Under the pieces are notes generated by a model that did not search any database, was not told the DNA's origin, and saw only the letters and a program-made list of their open reading frames with translations. The position numbers and the translations under genes were made by a program. Below, in pieces: positions 36,331 to 44,749 of a stretch of 64,000 bases of DNA. The stretch's first letter is position 1. The number at the start of each line of letters is the position of its first letter. Source of the stretch: Clostridia bacterium (lineage in GTDB: Bacteria > Bacillota > Clostridia > Oscillospirales > CAG-272); contig JAFTRE010000032.1 of NCBI GenBank assembly GCA_017462385.1, positions 104,488 through 168,487 of the forward strand, in the 5' to 3' direction.

Positions 36331-38135
36331 ATTTTCGGCAGCTCCGTCATGCGCAGCTTAGCACAGCCGTAAGGATACAGCTCAATATCACGTTCCTCTT
36401 CATCAATGGGCTTGCGCGAGGCGGGTGTCTTGGCACACACCGTCTCATAGCCGTCCTCAAGCCCCCAGTCTATCCTTCTGACCTTTGCATGCACAACAAT
36501 GGCGGGCGACTCGGATGAAAACGGAATGTCCGCCAGCTCCCTGCGCTCAACTGTCATAATATTCGAAGCATACCCATAGCTCCACTCGGACTCGGGTATA
36601 TATTCATAATCGCAATACGGGAATTTGCGCTCGACGCCCTTGGCCTCGTATTCATACATTTTTTTGGAATACTTGATGGGGACAGAAAAGATAAGCGAGC
36701 CGCATTTTGCCGTCTTAAGCCCGCGCGGGCGCGAGATAAGCTCGGGAAAGGTATGGAATGCCATGGATATGACCGTCTTGCCCGCCTCGATATCAAAGCA
36801 GGGCTCTTTTTCGGTGCATATTTGACCGTTGATTGCCACGTCGCGCGCGCATGCGGGAATGCGTATTTTGAAGCGGAACGGCTTGTCTGTCTCTATTGTG
36901 TACTTGAAAATATTGCGGAAGGGATAGTCGGTCTCAAGCCGTATGCGCTTGCCGCCGTCCGACAGCTCGCTCGGGATGGGCAGGACGTTTATGACCGTGT
37001 CTCCGTCATGCATAAATGTCGACAGCGCAAGCTTGGGCCACCCCTGATTAAAGTTTGCGGTACAACAGCCGTAATTCGGCTCCAATCCGAACAGGTGTGC
37101 CTGCGCGCCGTTGGTGCGGAAGACGGACTTGCCGGGGAACTTGATGCAGGCGATCTGATTGCTCATCTGGACATACTGGTGAGCCCACATATCGTCGCTG
37201 ATGGCGGCGGGCAGGGCGTTGAACGCCAGCATTTCAAGTCTGTCCGCCCAACGCGGCTCGCCCGTGTGGGCGAAAAGCAGCTCATATGAGTACATCTGCT
37301 CGACCACGGCGCAAAGCTCGGTGCCCTGAATGGGGCTCAGACCCGACAGGCATTCGTCGCCCGTGAAAAGCCCGACGGGAGTGCCGTTGAACTTATCGAG
37401 AATTTGATGTAGCGCCTCGGCGCGGTCGGTATAATCCTCGCCGAGCAGCTCGTGAGATATAGCCTCGTATTTGAGGCACATTGCGAGGTTGACTATGTGC
37501 GTGTCCAGCTTCCAAGCGTTGAGAGGGCGCTCCCAGAGGTGCGTTATGCTGTTATAGTCCTGGCCCTGCTCGCGCAGAATGCGGGCGAGCTCGATCAGCC
37601 ACCCCTCGCGGCAACGGCGATAGCAAAATTCAATGGCGATAAAGCATTCAAACCAGCGATATTTGCCCCATTTGAACAGCGATATCGTGCCGTCACGCAG
37701 CAATTCGTAGTAATTTTTGAGTGTGCGGTAGATGACGTCGGGAACTCTCTCGTCGGAGGAGCATTCGTAGTAAACGACCAGCACCTTTGTTATAAGCTGG
37801 ACCGCCCAAGTGTCGTAGGTGGGACGCGCCTCGTCGTCACAGGGACATATCCAGCCGTCGGGGCGCTGCGCGGCGAGTATTGCGTCTATGTATTTTTTGG
37901 CGCGCGCTATCATGTCGGCGTCGTCCAGCAGATAAGCGAGCGGGACAAAGCCGTCCAGCCAATAAGGGACGCGCTCCCAGCCCTCGGCGTCGCCGCCTAT
38001 CCAGGCGCTGTCGCGGATGTCGCGCCAGACACGGTCAAGATTGCCCGAAAGTCCCGCCGCCTGAATTTCAAGCTGACGGCGCAGCCAGCCGTCGGCGCGC
38101 AGCTCTTTGGCGGTGTATAGGTTCCATTTTTGCAT
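36327..38135 (-). CDS. GH127/DUF1680-like six-hairpin glycosidase family protein
   Basis: 602 aa. My family assignment rests on memory of an N-terminal WLRRQLEIQAAGLSG..WIGGDAEGWERVPYWLDG type region and is unverified. The start was moved to ATG 38135 (AAGGAG SD, 9-nt spacing). Confidence 0.55.
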   Translation of the reverse strand: MQKWNLYTAKELRADGWLRRQLEIQAAGLSGNLDRVWRDIRDSAWIGGDAEGWERVPYWLDGFVPLAYLLDDADMIARAKKYIDAILAAQRPDGWICPCDDEARPTYDTWAVQLITKVLVVYYECSSDERVPDVIYRTLKNYYELLRDGTISLFKWGKYRWFECFIAIEFCYRRCREGWLIELARILREQGQDYNSITHLWERPLNAWKLDTHIVNLAMCLKYEAISHELLGEDYTDRAEALHQILDKFNGTPVGLFTGDECLSGLSPIQGTELCAVVEQMYSYELLFAHTGEPRWADRLEMLAFNALPAAISDDMWAHQYVQMSNQIACIKFPGKSVFRTNGAQAHLFGLEPNYGCCTANFNQGWPKLALSTFMHDGDTVINVLPIPSELSDGGKRIRLETDYPFRNIFKYTIETDKPFRFKIRIPACARDVAINGQICTEKEPCFDIEAGKTVISMAFHTFPELISRPRGLKTAKCGSLIFSVPIKYSKKMYEYEAKGVERKFPYCDYEYIPESEWSYGYASNIMTVERRELADIPFSSESPAIVVHAKVRRIDWGLEDGYETVCAKTPASRKPIDEEERDIELYPYGCAKLRMTELPKI

Positions 38136-38278
38136 GATCAAAAGCTCCTTTTAAGGCTGTAAGACATCTAAAACAACATTATTGTATCATATAATTTCCC
38201 AAATGTCAAAACATCTCATATTCTTATCGGTAATGCTATATGACAGCTCGATAATTAAATTCATATACCGCCACAAGC

Positions 38279-38316
38279 TAAAAATCGAAGACGGCAAGGC
38301 ATTAAGCCTTGCCGTC
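38279..38316 (-). terminator. intrinsic terminator of the FAD/Rieske gene
   Basis: GACGGCAAGGC-ttaat-GCCTTGCCGTC followed by TTCGATTTTT on the minus strand. Confidence 0.7.
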
Positions 38317-39614
38317 TATTTCTTTATATCCCCCGTGGCGGGGTTATCTATCAGTCTCATATCCTTTGTAAACCGCGAGCCGTGGCAGGGGCAGTCCCAG
38401 GAATGCTCGGCGCGGTTATATTTGAGCGCGCACCCCATATGCGGACAGCGCGGTGCGGTCGGCGTTATCAGATTTACCACCGCCTCGGTAGCGTTTAGCG
38501 CCAGTTGCGGGTGCAAAATACTGCGCGAGGGCGAGAAAAGCGCCGAATATGCGTTGTCCTTGCCGACAACAAGGTCGCAAAGCAGCTCGGCGGCGACCAT
38601 GGACGAGCTCATGCCCCACTTATTGAAGCCCGTCGCCACATACAAATTCGAGGTGCGGCGGGAATATTTGCCTATATAAGGCACGCCGTCCAAAGTCATG
38701 CAGTCCTGCGTCGCCCACCGGCTCACAATACGCGAGCCCCAATAATATCTTTGCGCGAATTGCTCAAGCGGACGCCAACCGTCGCTTTTCTTACCTGTTC
38801 GGTGTCCGCCACCGCCCAGCAAAAGCAGGTCCCCGCTGTCGCGGAGCGAGACACCCGTTGCACTCTCGTCCAAATACATCGCGCCGCATTTGGGCGCGTT
38901 TTGCAGTGCCAAAACATACGAGCGGTGCTGATAAAGCTTCAAAAAATAGCTGCCGTGCTTGTTCAAAAAAGGAAAATGCGTCGTTACTACGATGCTTTGC
39001 GCTTTTATTTTTCCTCTGTTTGTGATGACTGCATCGGGACGCAGCTCAAGCACCTTTGTATGCTCGAAGATACGCACACCCTCGGACAACGCGAACGCGA
39101 ATTTCAGCGGGTGAAATTGGGCCTGCTCCTCGAATCCGATCGCGCCGGTCACTCGAAACGGAAGCGGCAATTTTTTCGCAAATTTTGCCCTCGCGCCTAT
39201 CTTGTCCAGCGCAACCAGCTCCCTCTCTATACCCGAAAGGCTGTCCGTCGAGTAAATAAACGAACGCTTTGTTTCAAAATCGCAGTCTATATGCTCGCAC
39301 AGCTCGCGGTAGCGGCGCAATGCCGCCTCGTTCGCACGATAATACAGGTGCGCCGCGTCGACGCCGAATTTTGAGATCAGCTTGTGATAAATGAGACCGT
39401 GCTGTGAGGTGATCTTGGCGGTTGTGTTCCCCGTGATGCCGCCGCACAGCTCGCCCGCCTCGACAAGCGTGCAGTCCACACCCGCCCGCGTCAGCATATA
39501 TGCGCACAAAACGCCCGCCATGCCGCCGCCTATTATCAGCACATCCGTCTTTATGTCGCCCGAAAGCGGCTCGAAATTCGGTCGCTTTGCCGTCTTTTCC
39601 CAAACAGACTCCAT
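38316..39614 (-). CDS. FAD-dependent oxidoreductase fused to a C-terminal Rieske [2Fe-2S] domain
   Basis: Dinucleotide-binding DVLIIGGGMAGVLCAYML, and Rieske CPHMGC...CPCHGS at the C-terminus. Confidence 0.8.
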   Translation of the reverse strand: MESVWEKTAKRPNFEPLSGDIKTDVLIIGGGMAGVLCAYMLTRAGVDCTLVEAGELCGGITGNTTAKITSQHGLIYHKLISKFGVDAAHLYYRANEAALRRYRELCEHIDCDFETKRSFIYSTDSLSGIERELVALDKIGARAKFAKKLPLPFRVTGAIGFEEQAQFHPLKFAFALSEGVRIFEHTKVLELRPDAVITNRGKIKAQSIVVTTHFPFLNKHGSYFLKLYQHRSYVLALQNAPKCGAMYLDESATGVSLRDSGDLLLLGGGGHRTGKKSDGWRPLEQFAQRYYWGSRIVSRWATQDCMTLDGVPYIGKYSRRTSNLYVATGFNKWGMSSSMVAAELLCDLVVGKDNAYSALFSPSRSILHPQLALNATEAVVNLITPTAPRCPHMGCALKYNRAEHSWDCPCHGSRFTKDMRLIDNPATGDIKK

Positions 39615-39842
39615 TTGTTTTCCCTTCCCTTGTTGGCTTTTTCATAGTTTGCTCAACAAGGACGGGCTTCATACCGAGCCGCGCGGGCAAAAGCGCACCA
39701 TGTTTTGGGGCTTTCGCGCTGTGATTGAGGATGAGCTTATGTATTCAGTTTGTTTTTAATCGACCAATGTCAAATCCGGGGGCAATTTCGCCCGTTGTTT
39801 GAATGCTAATCTCTTTAGCCTTCATCCATAGATTTGTTTTGT

Positions 39843-40190
39843 TCATTTCGTATTTTCCTTCGCTGTGTTGATGGAAGCAATCAACATTCTGCGGATAGAA
39901 CCGCAATCGTGCAGAACGCTTTTCGAAATCTCTTCCGAAATAACATTTGCCTTTTGTGCTATTTCTATCCAATATTCAGTTTCATAGCATTCTTTGAGGG
40001 AAATCTGCAGTTTCGCAATAAAATCCGCTTTGCTATGCGCATACTTTGCCTCTCTGATATTTGCGCCAATACTTGTTCCGCTTCGCTCAAGCTGATTTGC
40101 CAAAGAATAATGTCCTTTGATGCCGTCGGTCAAATTCAAAATTTTAACCGCAAATTCGGTTGACATATCCGCAAGTTTGTTTTCTGCCAT
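39843..40190 (-). CDS. four-helix-bundle protein (23S rRNA intervening-sequence protein family, PF05635/TIGR02436-like)
   Basis: SLANQLERSGTSIGANIREA...FIAKLQISLKECYETEYWIE is the family signature. It has its own promoter (TTGATT, 17 nt, TATAAT on the minus strand at about 40210-40238). The region is visibly AT-rich. Confidence 0.8.
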   Translation of the reverse strand: MAENKLADMSTEFAVKILNLTDGIKGHYSLANQLERSGTSIGANIREAKYAHSKADFIAKLQISLKECYETEYWIEIAQKANVISEEISKSVLHDCGSIRRMLIASINTAKENTK

Positions 40191-40238
40191 TATCATCACC
40201 TCTTACGTTTATTATAACATCAAAGCGCAAAATAATCA

Positions 40239-40714
40239 ATGAAATCCGAGCAATTTGCTTCGCAAATATCTGCTCGGATGAAATCTTCGGCGTGCCGCCT
40301 CAGATGAAATTAAATCCGTCCTATCTCTCCCCGCGAAGCGGGATTTCATCGCGAAGCGATTTCATCATACGCAAGTGGGATTTATCCCGTCCGTATGGAC
40401 GGATTTAGTTGAAAAAAGCAGATTGCTTTCGCAATCTGCTTTTTTCTGGCGGAGACGGAGAGATTTGAACCCTTTCGTTTAATGAAATCGTGCTACGCAC
40501 GATGAAATCCGAGCAATTTGCTTCGCAAATATCTGCTCGGATGAAATCTTCGGCCTACGGCCTCAGATGAAATTAAATCCGTCCTATCTCTCCCCGCGAA
40601 GCGGGTTTTCATCGCGAAGCGATTTCATCCTACGCAAGTGGGATTTATCCCGTCCGTATGGACGGATTTAGTTGAAAAAAGCAGATTGCTTTCGCAATCT
40701 GCTTTTTTCTTGGC
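40239..40714. repeat. 263-bp-period tandem duplication (2 copies of ~210 bp), each copy starting right after a tRNA CCA end
   Basis: 40239-40450 and 40502-40714 differ only at a small hairpin (GGCG-tgc-CGCC vs GGCC-tac-GGCC), two A substitutions and one T indel. Each contains repeated ATGAAATC/GATTTCAT octamers around hairpins and a bidirectional terminator GAAAAAAGCAGATTGC-tttc-GCAATCTGCTTTTTTC. Confidence 0.9.
40447..40472 (-). pseudogene. 3' fragment of a tRNA gene (T-loop plus acceptor 3' strand plus CCA)
   Basis: The minus strand reads GGTTCAAATCTCTCCGTCTCCGCCA. The T-stem 5' strand and everything upstream are missing. The sequence differs from the tRNA-Trp 3' end. Confidence 0.6.
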
Positions 40715-40786
40715 AGGGGCAGAAGGACTTGAACCCACGACACCCAGTTTTGGAGACTGGTGTTCTACCGACTGAACTATACCCCT
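40711..40786 (-). tRNA. trnW: tRNA-Trp (anticodon CCA)
   Basis: 76 nt. The acceptor stem AGGGGTA/TGCCCCT pairs (one GU), with discriminator G and an encoded CCA. The anticodon arm is CCAGT-CTCCAAA-ACTGG and the T-loop is GGTTCAAGTCC. Upstream promoter on the minus strand: TTGACC, 17 nt, TATAAT. Confidence 0.9.
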
Positions 40787-40968
40787 ATCTATTTATTTGA
40801 CTTATGTATTATATCACACTCCGCGCCGAGGGTCAAGATGTTTTTGAAAAAAACTTGATTTATTTTGAAACAGACCGCAATATTTATTGACAAATCATGC
40901 AATATGAAGTAAAATATAAGGTGATAAATTATGTGCCGCCGCGTGCGGCTCACATTTGTGAGGCAGAC

Positions 40969-41634
40969 ATGATCAAGCTGTGTGTTTTCGATCTTGACGG
41001 CACTACCGTCAACTCGTTGCGCTCCATCGCCCACTTCGCAAACCAAACACTGTCAAAGTTCGGTCAGCGGACTTTTTCCGTCGACGACTACCGCCATCTG
41101 GCGGGCGGCGGCGCAAAAAAGCTTATCCGCAACCTCGTCACCGCCTCGGGCGCGCCCGAGCATTTGTACGAACCTATGCTCGAGGACTGGGTGAGCAGCT
41201 ACGACCAAAGCTTTCTCTACCTCACCGAGCCGTATGAAGGCGTCGAGGACATGCTGCTCGAGCTACGGCGCATGAAAATACACACCGCCATCGTCACCAA
41301 CAAGCACGGGCCCACCGCGCGAAAAATTTGCGACACGCTGTTCGGCACGGACGACAGTCTGCTGGAGGTATGCGTCGGCGCTTATCCCGACATGGTGCTC
41401 AAGCCCGCGCCCGACGAAATTTTAAAGCTGATGGCGCGTTTTGACGTCGCCCCCGACGAATGCATATATTGCGGCGACCACACCATCGACATGGTGACAG
41501 GCCGCGCCGCGGGCGTCATCACGGTCGGCGTCACCTGGGGCTTTCACACCCGCGCCGCGCTTGCCGCGGCGGGTGCGGACTTTGTCGCCGATGTCCCCTC
41601 TCAAATTATTGATCTTGTGAAACAAAGGAGGTAA
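40969..41634 (+). CDS. HAD-superfamily hydrolase (phosphoglycolate phosphatase-like)
   Basis: Motif I CVFDLDGTTV, motif II TNK, and motif IV GDHTIDM. The start was moved to ATG 40969. Confidence 0.8.
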   Translation: MIKLCVFDLDGTTVNSLRSIAHFANQTLSKFGQRTFSVDDYRHLAGGGAKKLIRNLVTASGAPEHLYEPMLEDWVSSYDQSFLYLTEPYEGVEDMLLELRRMKIHTAIVTNKHGPTARKICDTLFGTDDSLLEVCVGAYPDMVLKPAPDEILKLMARFDVAPDECIYCGDHTIDMVTGRAAGVITVGVTWGFHTRAALAAAGADFVADVPSQIIDLVKQRR

Positions 41635-41636
41635 AC

Positions 41637-43091
41637 ATGCAAAAAAGAAAGCACGTTCTACTGATATTTACCGATCAGCAACGTCGCGACACCATTCACG
41701 CGCTGGGCAACGGCGATATCGTCACCCCCGCGCTGGACTCCATCGCAAACGAGGCTATCTGCTTTGACCGTTGCTACACTCCCTCCCCTGTTTGCGTGCC
41801 CGCCCGTATGTGCATGATGGCAGGTCAATACTGCGCTCGCACGGGCAACAACACAAACAACCGCGCCACGGTCTATGAGGGCGAAGGCTTTTATTCCGAA
41901 TTCACAAAGGCAGGCTACAACAGCTGCTGTATCGGCAAAATGCATTACAACCCCGACCTTTACGCCCCGCTCGGCTTCAGAAAGCGCTTCTCTCAGGAAG
42001 AGATGGCAAATCCCGAGCTTGACGACTACTGCAAGTGGCTGAAAAGCTCGCCTTATAAAAACGTTTTCGATTTTCACGGTCAACGCACCGAGCTTTACTA
42101 CACCCCCCAGGTGTCCCAACTGCCCGCAGAGGCACATCCCACGCAGTGGATAGGTGACAGATGCGTCGAGTTTATTCGCGACTGCAAGCCCGAGGAGGAG
42201 CCCGTCTTTCTGGTAGCCTCCTTCATTCACCCGCATCCGCCGTTCGCGCCGCCCGCGCCTTGGAACAAGATGTATCGCAATATGAAGTGGTCGCCGTTCC
42301 TTCCCGACAACCCCGATTGCTACGAGGATCTGTTGCGCAATCGCTACACCACCGACGCGCTGGGCATCTCGCCGCGTCAGCTTGAGCTGCTGCGTCAGCA
42401 CTATTACGCCTGCATTTCCTTTGTGGACTATCAAATAAGCAGAATTATTGACGAGCTTAAGAGCAAAAATATGTATGACGACACTGTCATCGTGTTTACC
42501 TCCGACCACGGCGACCTGATGGGCGACTACGGCTCGATGGGCAAGCGCACCATGCTTGACGGTGCGGCAAACATTCCTTTGCTACTCCGCGTTCCGGGTC
42601 ACAAGCACGAAATTCGCCACGATCCCGCGTCTTTGGTCGACCTCGCGCCCACTCTGCTCTCGCTGGCGGGCATTGATTACGACAAGTCGGAATACGACGG
42701 CGTCGACCTTATGAACAACCGTCACGAGCTGGTCTATTCCCAGTACGGGAACGGCACGGTCGGCACATGGATGGTAGCATCGGGACACGACAAGCTGATT
42801 TACACCGCCATCGGCGACCGTTACTTCTACTTCGACTCCTTCCCGGACGCCGTCGACAAATATGACGAAAGCAACCCTCGGGTAATGGAGCTGAAAGCGT
42901 TGCTTGACGAGCACATGGCAAGCGACCGTTGCACCGAGATTGACGACCGCGTCATGCAAAGCCCCGCGCGTCAGGCGAAATACTCATTCTATCCGCCCTT
43001 TGACGATCATATCAACACATTCGACGCCGAGCGCGCCGCCATGCCCGCGGGATATGAGATAACGCTGGGCGGAAAGCATACAGATTATTGA
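41637..43091 (+). CDS. sulfatase (Cys-type, CxPxR)
   Basis: 484 aa with LLIFTDQQRRD, the formylglycine motif SPVCVPARMCMMAG, and FTSDHGD. Confidence 0.85.
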   Translation: MQKRKHVLLIFTDQQRRDTIHALGNGDIVTPALDSIANEAICFDRCYTPSPVCVPARMCMMAGQYCARTGNNTNNRATVYEGEGFYSEFTKAGYNSCCIGKMHYNPDLYAPLGFRKRFSQEEMANPELDDYCKWLKSSPYKNVFDFHGQRTELYYTPQVSQLPAEAHPTQWIGDRCVEFIRDCKPEEEPVFLVASFIHPHPPFAPPAPWNKMYRNMKWSPFLPDNPDCYEDLLRNRYTTDALGISPRQLELLRQHYYACISFVDYQISRIIDELKSKNMYDDTVIVFTSDHGDLMGDYGSMGKRTMLDGAANIPLLLRVPGHKHEIRHDPASLVDLAPTLLSLAGIDYDKSEYDGVDLMNNRHELVYSQYGNGTVGTWMVASGHDKLIYTAIGDRYFYFDSFPDAVDKYDESNPRVMELKALLDEHMASDRCTEIDDRVMQSPARQAKYSFYPPFDDHINTFDAERAAMPAGYEITLGGKHTDY

Positions 43092-43098
43092 GTTAATA

Positions 43099-43309
43099 TT
43101 GCCCTCTCCGTCGCGGCTATCCGCGACACCTCTCCCAAAGGGAGAGGCAAATTAGGCTCTCCCTCGCGGCTATCCGCGACACCTCTCCCAACGGGAGAGG
43201 CAAATTAGGCTCTCCGTCGCGGCTATCCGCGACACCTCTCCCGGAGGGAGAGGCAAATTAGGCTCTCCCTCTGGGAGAGCTGTCAGCGTAGCTGACTGAG
43301 AGGGTATGC
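43099..43309. repeat. family A tandem array: three ~53-bp units plus a terminal module
   Basis: Units at 43099-43154, 43155-43207 and 43208-43260. Each is GGCTCTCC-[GTCGCGG ctat CCGCGAC]-A-[CCTCTCCC nnn GGGAGAGG]-CAAATTA, with loop triplets aaa, aac and gga. The array ends with GCTCTCCC-tct-GGGAGAGC and GTCAGC-gta-GCTGAC. Confidence 0.9.
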
Positions 43310-43355
43310 ACGAAAAATACACAATACTAAAAATATAAAATAAGGACAAAACATC

Positions 43356-44744
43356 ATGAAACACATCGACATAGCGGAGCTTCTCCGCACTCCCGAGCAA
43401 TATTACGACAAAGAAGTCACCGTTTGCGGTTGGGTACGCAACCTGCGCGACTCCAGCAACGTTCGTTTTCTCGCCGTCAACGACGGCACCGCGCTCTCGC
43501 CCATTCAGATCGTGATTGACAAGAGCACTCTCGCGCCCGAGGACTATGAGGCGGTCAACAGTGTCGGCTGCTCTGTCAAGGTGGTGGGAACTGCGGTCAT
43601 TCCCGGCGGCGGCAAGGAAAAAATAGAGGTTGTGGCTAAAGAGGTCGTTCTGTTGGGCGCTTGCTCCCCCGAGGACTATCCCATCCAGCCCAAGCGTCAC
43701 ACAATGGAATTTTTGCGCACGCTGCCCCACCTGCGTGTCCGCACCAACACTTTCAACGCAATGCTGCGCGTTCGCTCCGAGCTGGCGGCGGCAATACATG
43801 AATATTTCCAGAGCCACAACTATGTTTACATCAACACGCCCATTCTGACGGGCAGTGACTGCGAGGGTGCGGGCGAGGTCTTCCGCGTCACCACCCAGCC
43901 TTGGGATGCGTCCTACAAGACCGCCGAGGAGTATTACAACGACGATTTCTTTGCCCGCAAGGCGGGGCTTACTGTTTCGGGTCAGCTTGAGGGCGAGGTC
44001 GCGGCTATGGCGATGGGCAAAATTTACACTTTCGGTCCCACCTTCCGCGCCGAGTATTCCTTCACCGCGCGCCACGCCGCCGAGTTCTGGCAGGTCGAGC
44101 CCGAGGTGGCTTTCGCCGAGCTGCCGGACATTATCGAGATCGCCGAGGAAATGATCAAGTTCATAATCAAGAGAGTTATGGACCGTTGCCCCTCCGAGAT
44201 CGAATTTTTCGACAAGTTTGTTCAGAAAGGTCTTATCAAAAAGCTGGAGGGCGTTGTCAACAACAAATTCTCTGTTGTTGATTACACCGATGCAATTGAG
44301 ATGCTGAAAAAGTCGGGTGTGAAGTTCTCTTACCCCGTTGAGTGGGGTCTCGATCTTCAGACCGAGCACGAGCGCTACATCGCCGAGGTCATCTGCGAGC
44401 GCCCCGTGTTCATCACCAACTATCCCAAGCACATCAAGTCGTTCTACATGAAGCAGAACGATGACGGCAAGACGGTCGCGGCTACCGACCTGCTCGTTCC
44501 CGGTGTCGGCGAGATCATCGGCTGCTCCGAGCGTGAGGCTGACTACGACAAGTTGCTCTCTGCCATGACCGAGCGCGGTATGAATCTGGACGACTACAAG
44601 CACTACATGGATCTGCGCCGCTTCGGCACCGTTCCGCACAGTGGCTTCGGTCTGGGTCTTGAGCGCATTCTCATGTACATCACAGGCATCGACAACATCC
44701 GCGACGTAACGCTGTATCCCAGAACGGCTAAGGATCTTAAATAA
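43356..44744 (+). CDS. asnS: asparagine--tRNA ligase
   Basis: 462 aa, class IIb. FRAEYSFTARHAAEFW (motif 2 region) and GFGLGLERILMY (motif 3). Confidence 0.95.
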   Translation: MKHIDIAELLRTPEQYYDKEVTVCGWVRNLRDSSNVRFLAVNDGTALSPIQIVIDKSTLAPEDYEAVNSVGCSVKVVGTAVIPGGGKEKIEVVAKEVVLLGACSPEDYPIQPKRHTMEFLRTLPHLRVRTNTFNAMLRVRSELAAAIHEYFQSHNYVYINTPILTGSDCEGAGEVFRVTTQPWDASYKTAEEYYNDDFFARKAGLTVSGQLEGEVAAMAMGKIYTFGPTFRAEYSFTARHAAEFWQVEPEVAFAELPDIIEIAEEMIKFIIKRVMDRCPSEIEFFDKFVQKGLIKKLEGVVNNKFSVVDYTDAIEMLKKSGVKFSYPVEWGLDLQTEHERYIAEVICERPVFITNYPKHIKSFYMKQNDDGKTVAATDLLVPGVGEIIGCSEREADYDKLLSAMTERGMNLDDYKHYMDLRRFGTVPHSGFGLGLERILMYITGIDNIRDVTLYPRTAKDLK

Positions 44745-44749
44745 TATAT

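Noticed and set aside
40160-40408. Small ORFs lying in repeat DNA: 40160-40408, 5096-5335, 5110-5427, 19863-20060, 44934-45116, 45155-45544, 58411-58749 and 58759-59019.
   Set aside because: Most are translations of palindromic repeat modules (families A, B and C). 58411-58749 is instead antisense to the Thr-rich repeat gene. They have no SD, and the same peptide strings arise wherever the repeat occurs.
39843-40714. Diversity-generating retroelement (Avd-like four-helix-bundle protein plus a pair of ~210-bp repeats as TR/VR).
   Set aside because: No reverse transcriptase gene is nearby. The repeats are non-coding. They differ at only about 6 positions, and these are not adenine-specific (they include a compensatory GC hairpin change).
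43099-43260. CRISPR-like array.
   Set aside because: The units are contiguous 53-bp repeats with no unique spacers. There are only three copies and no cas genes. The sequence belongs to the dispersed hairpin repeat family.
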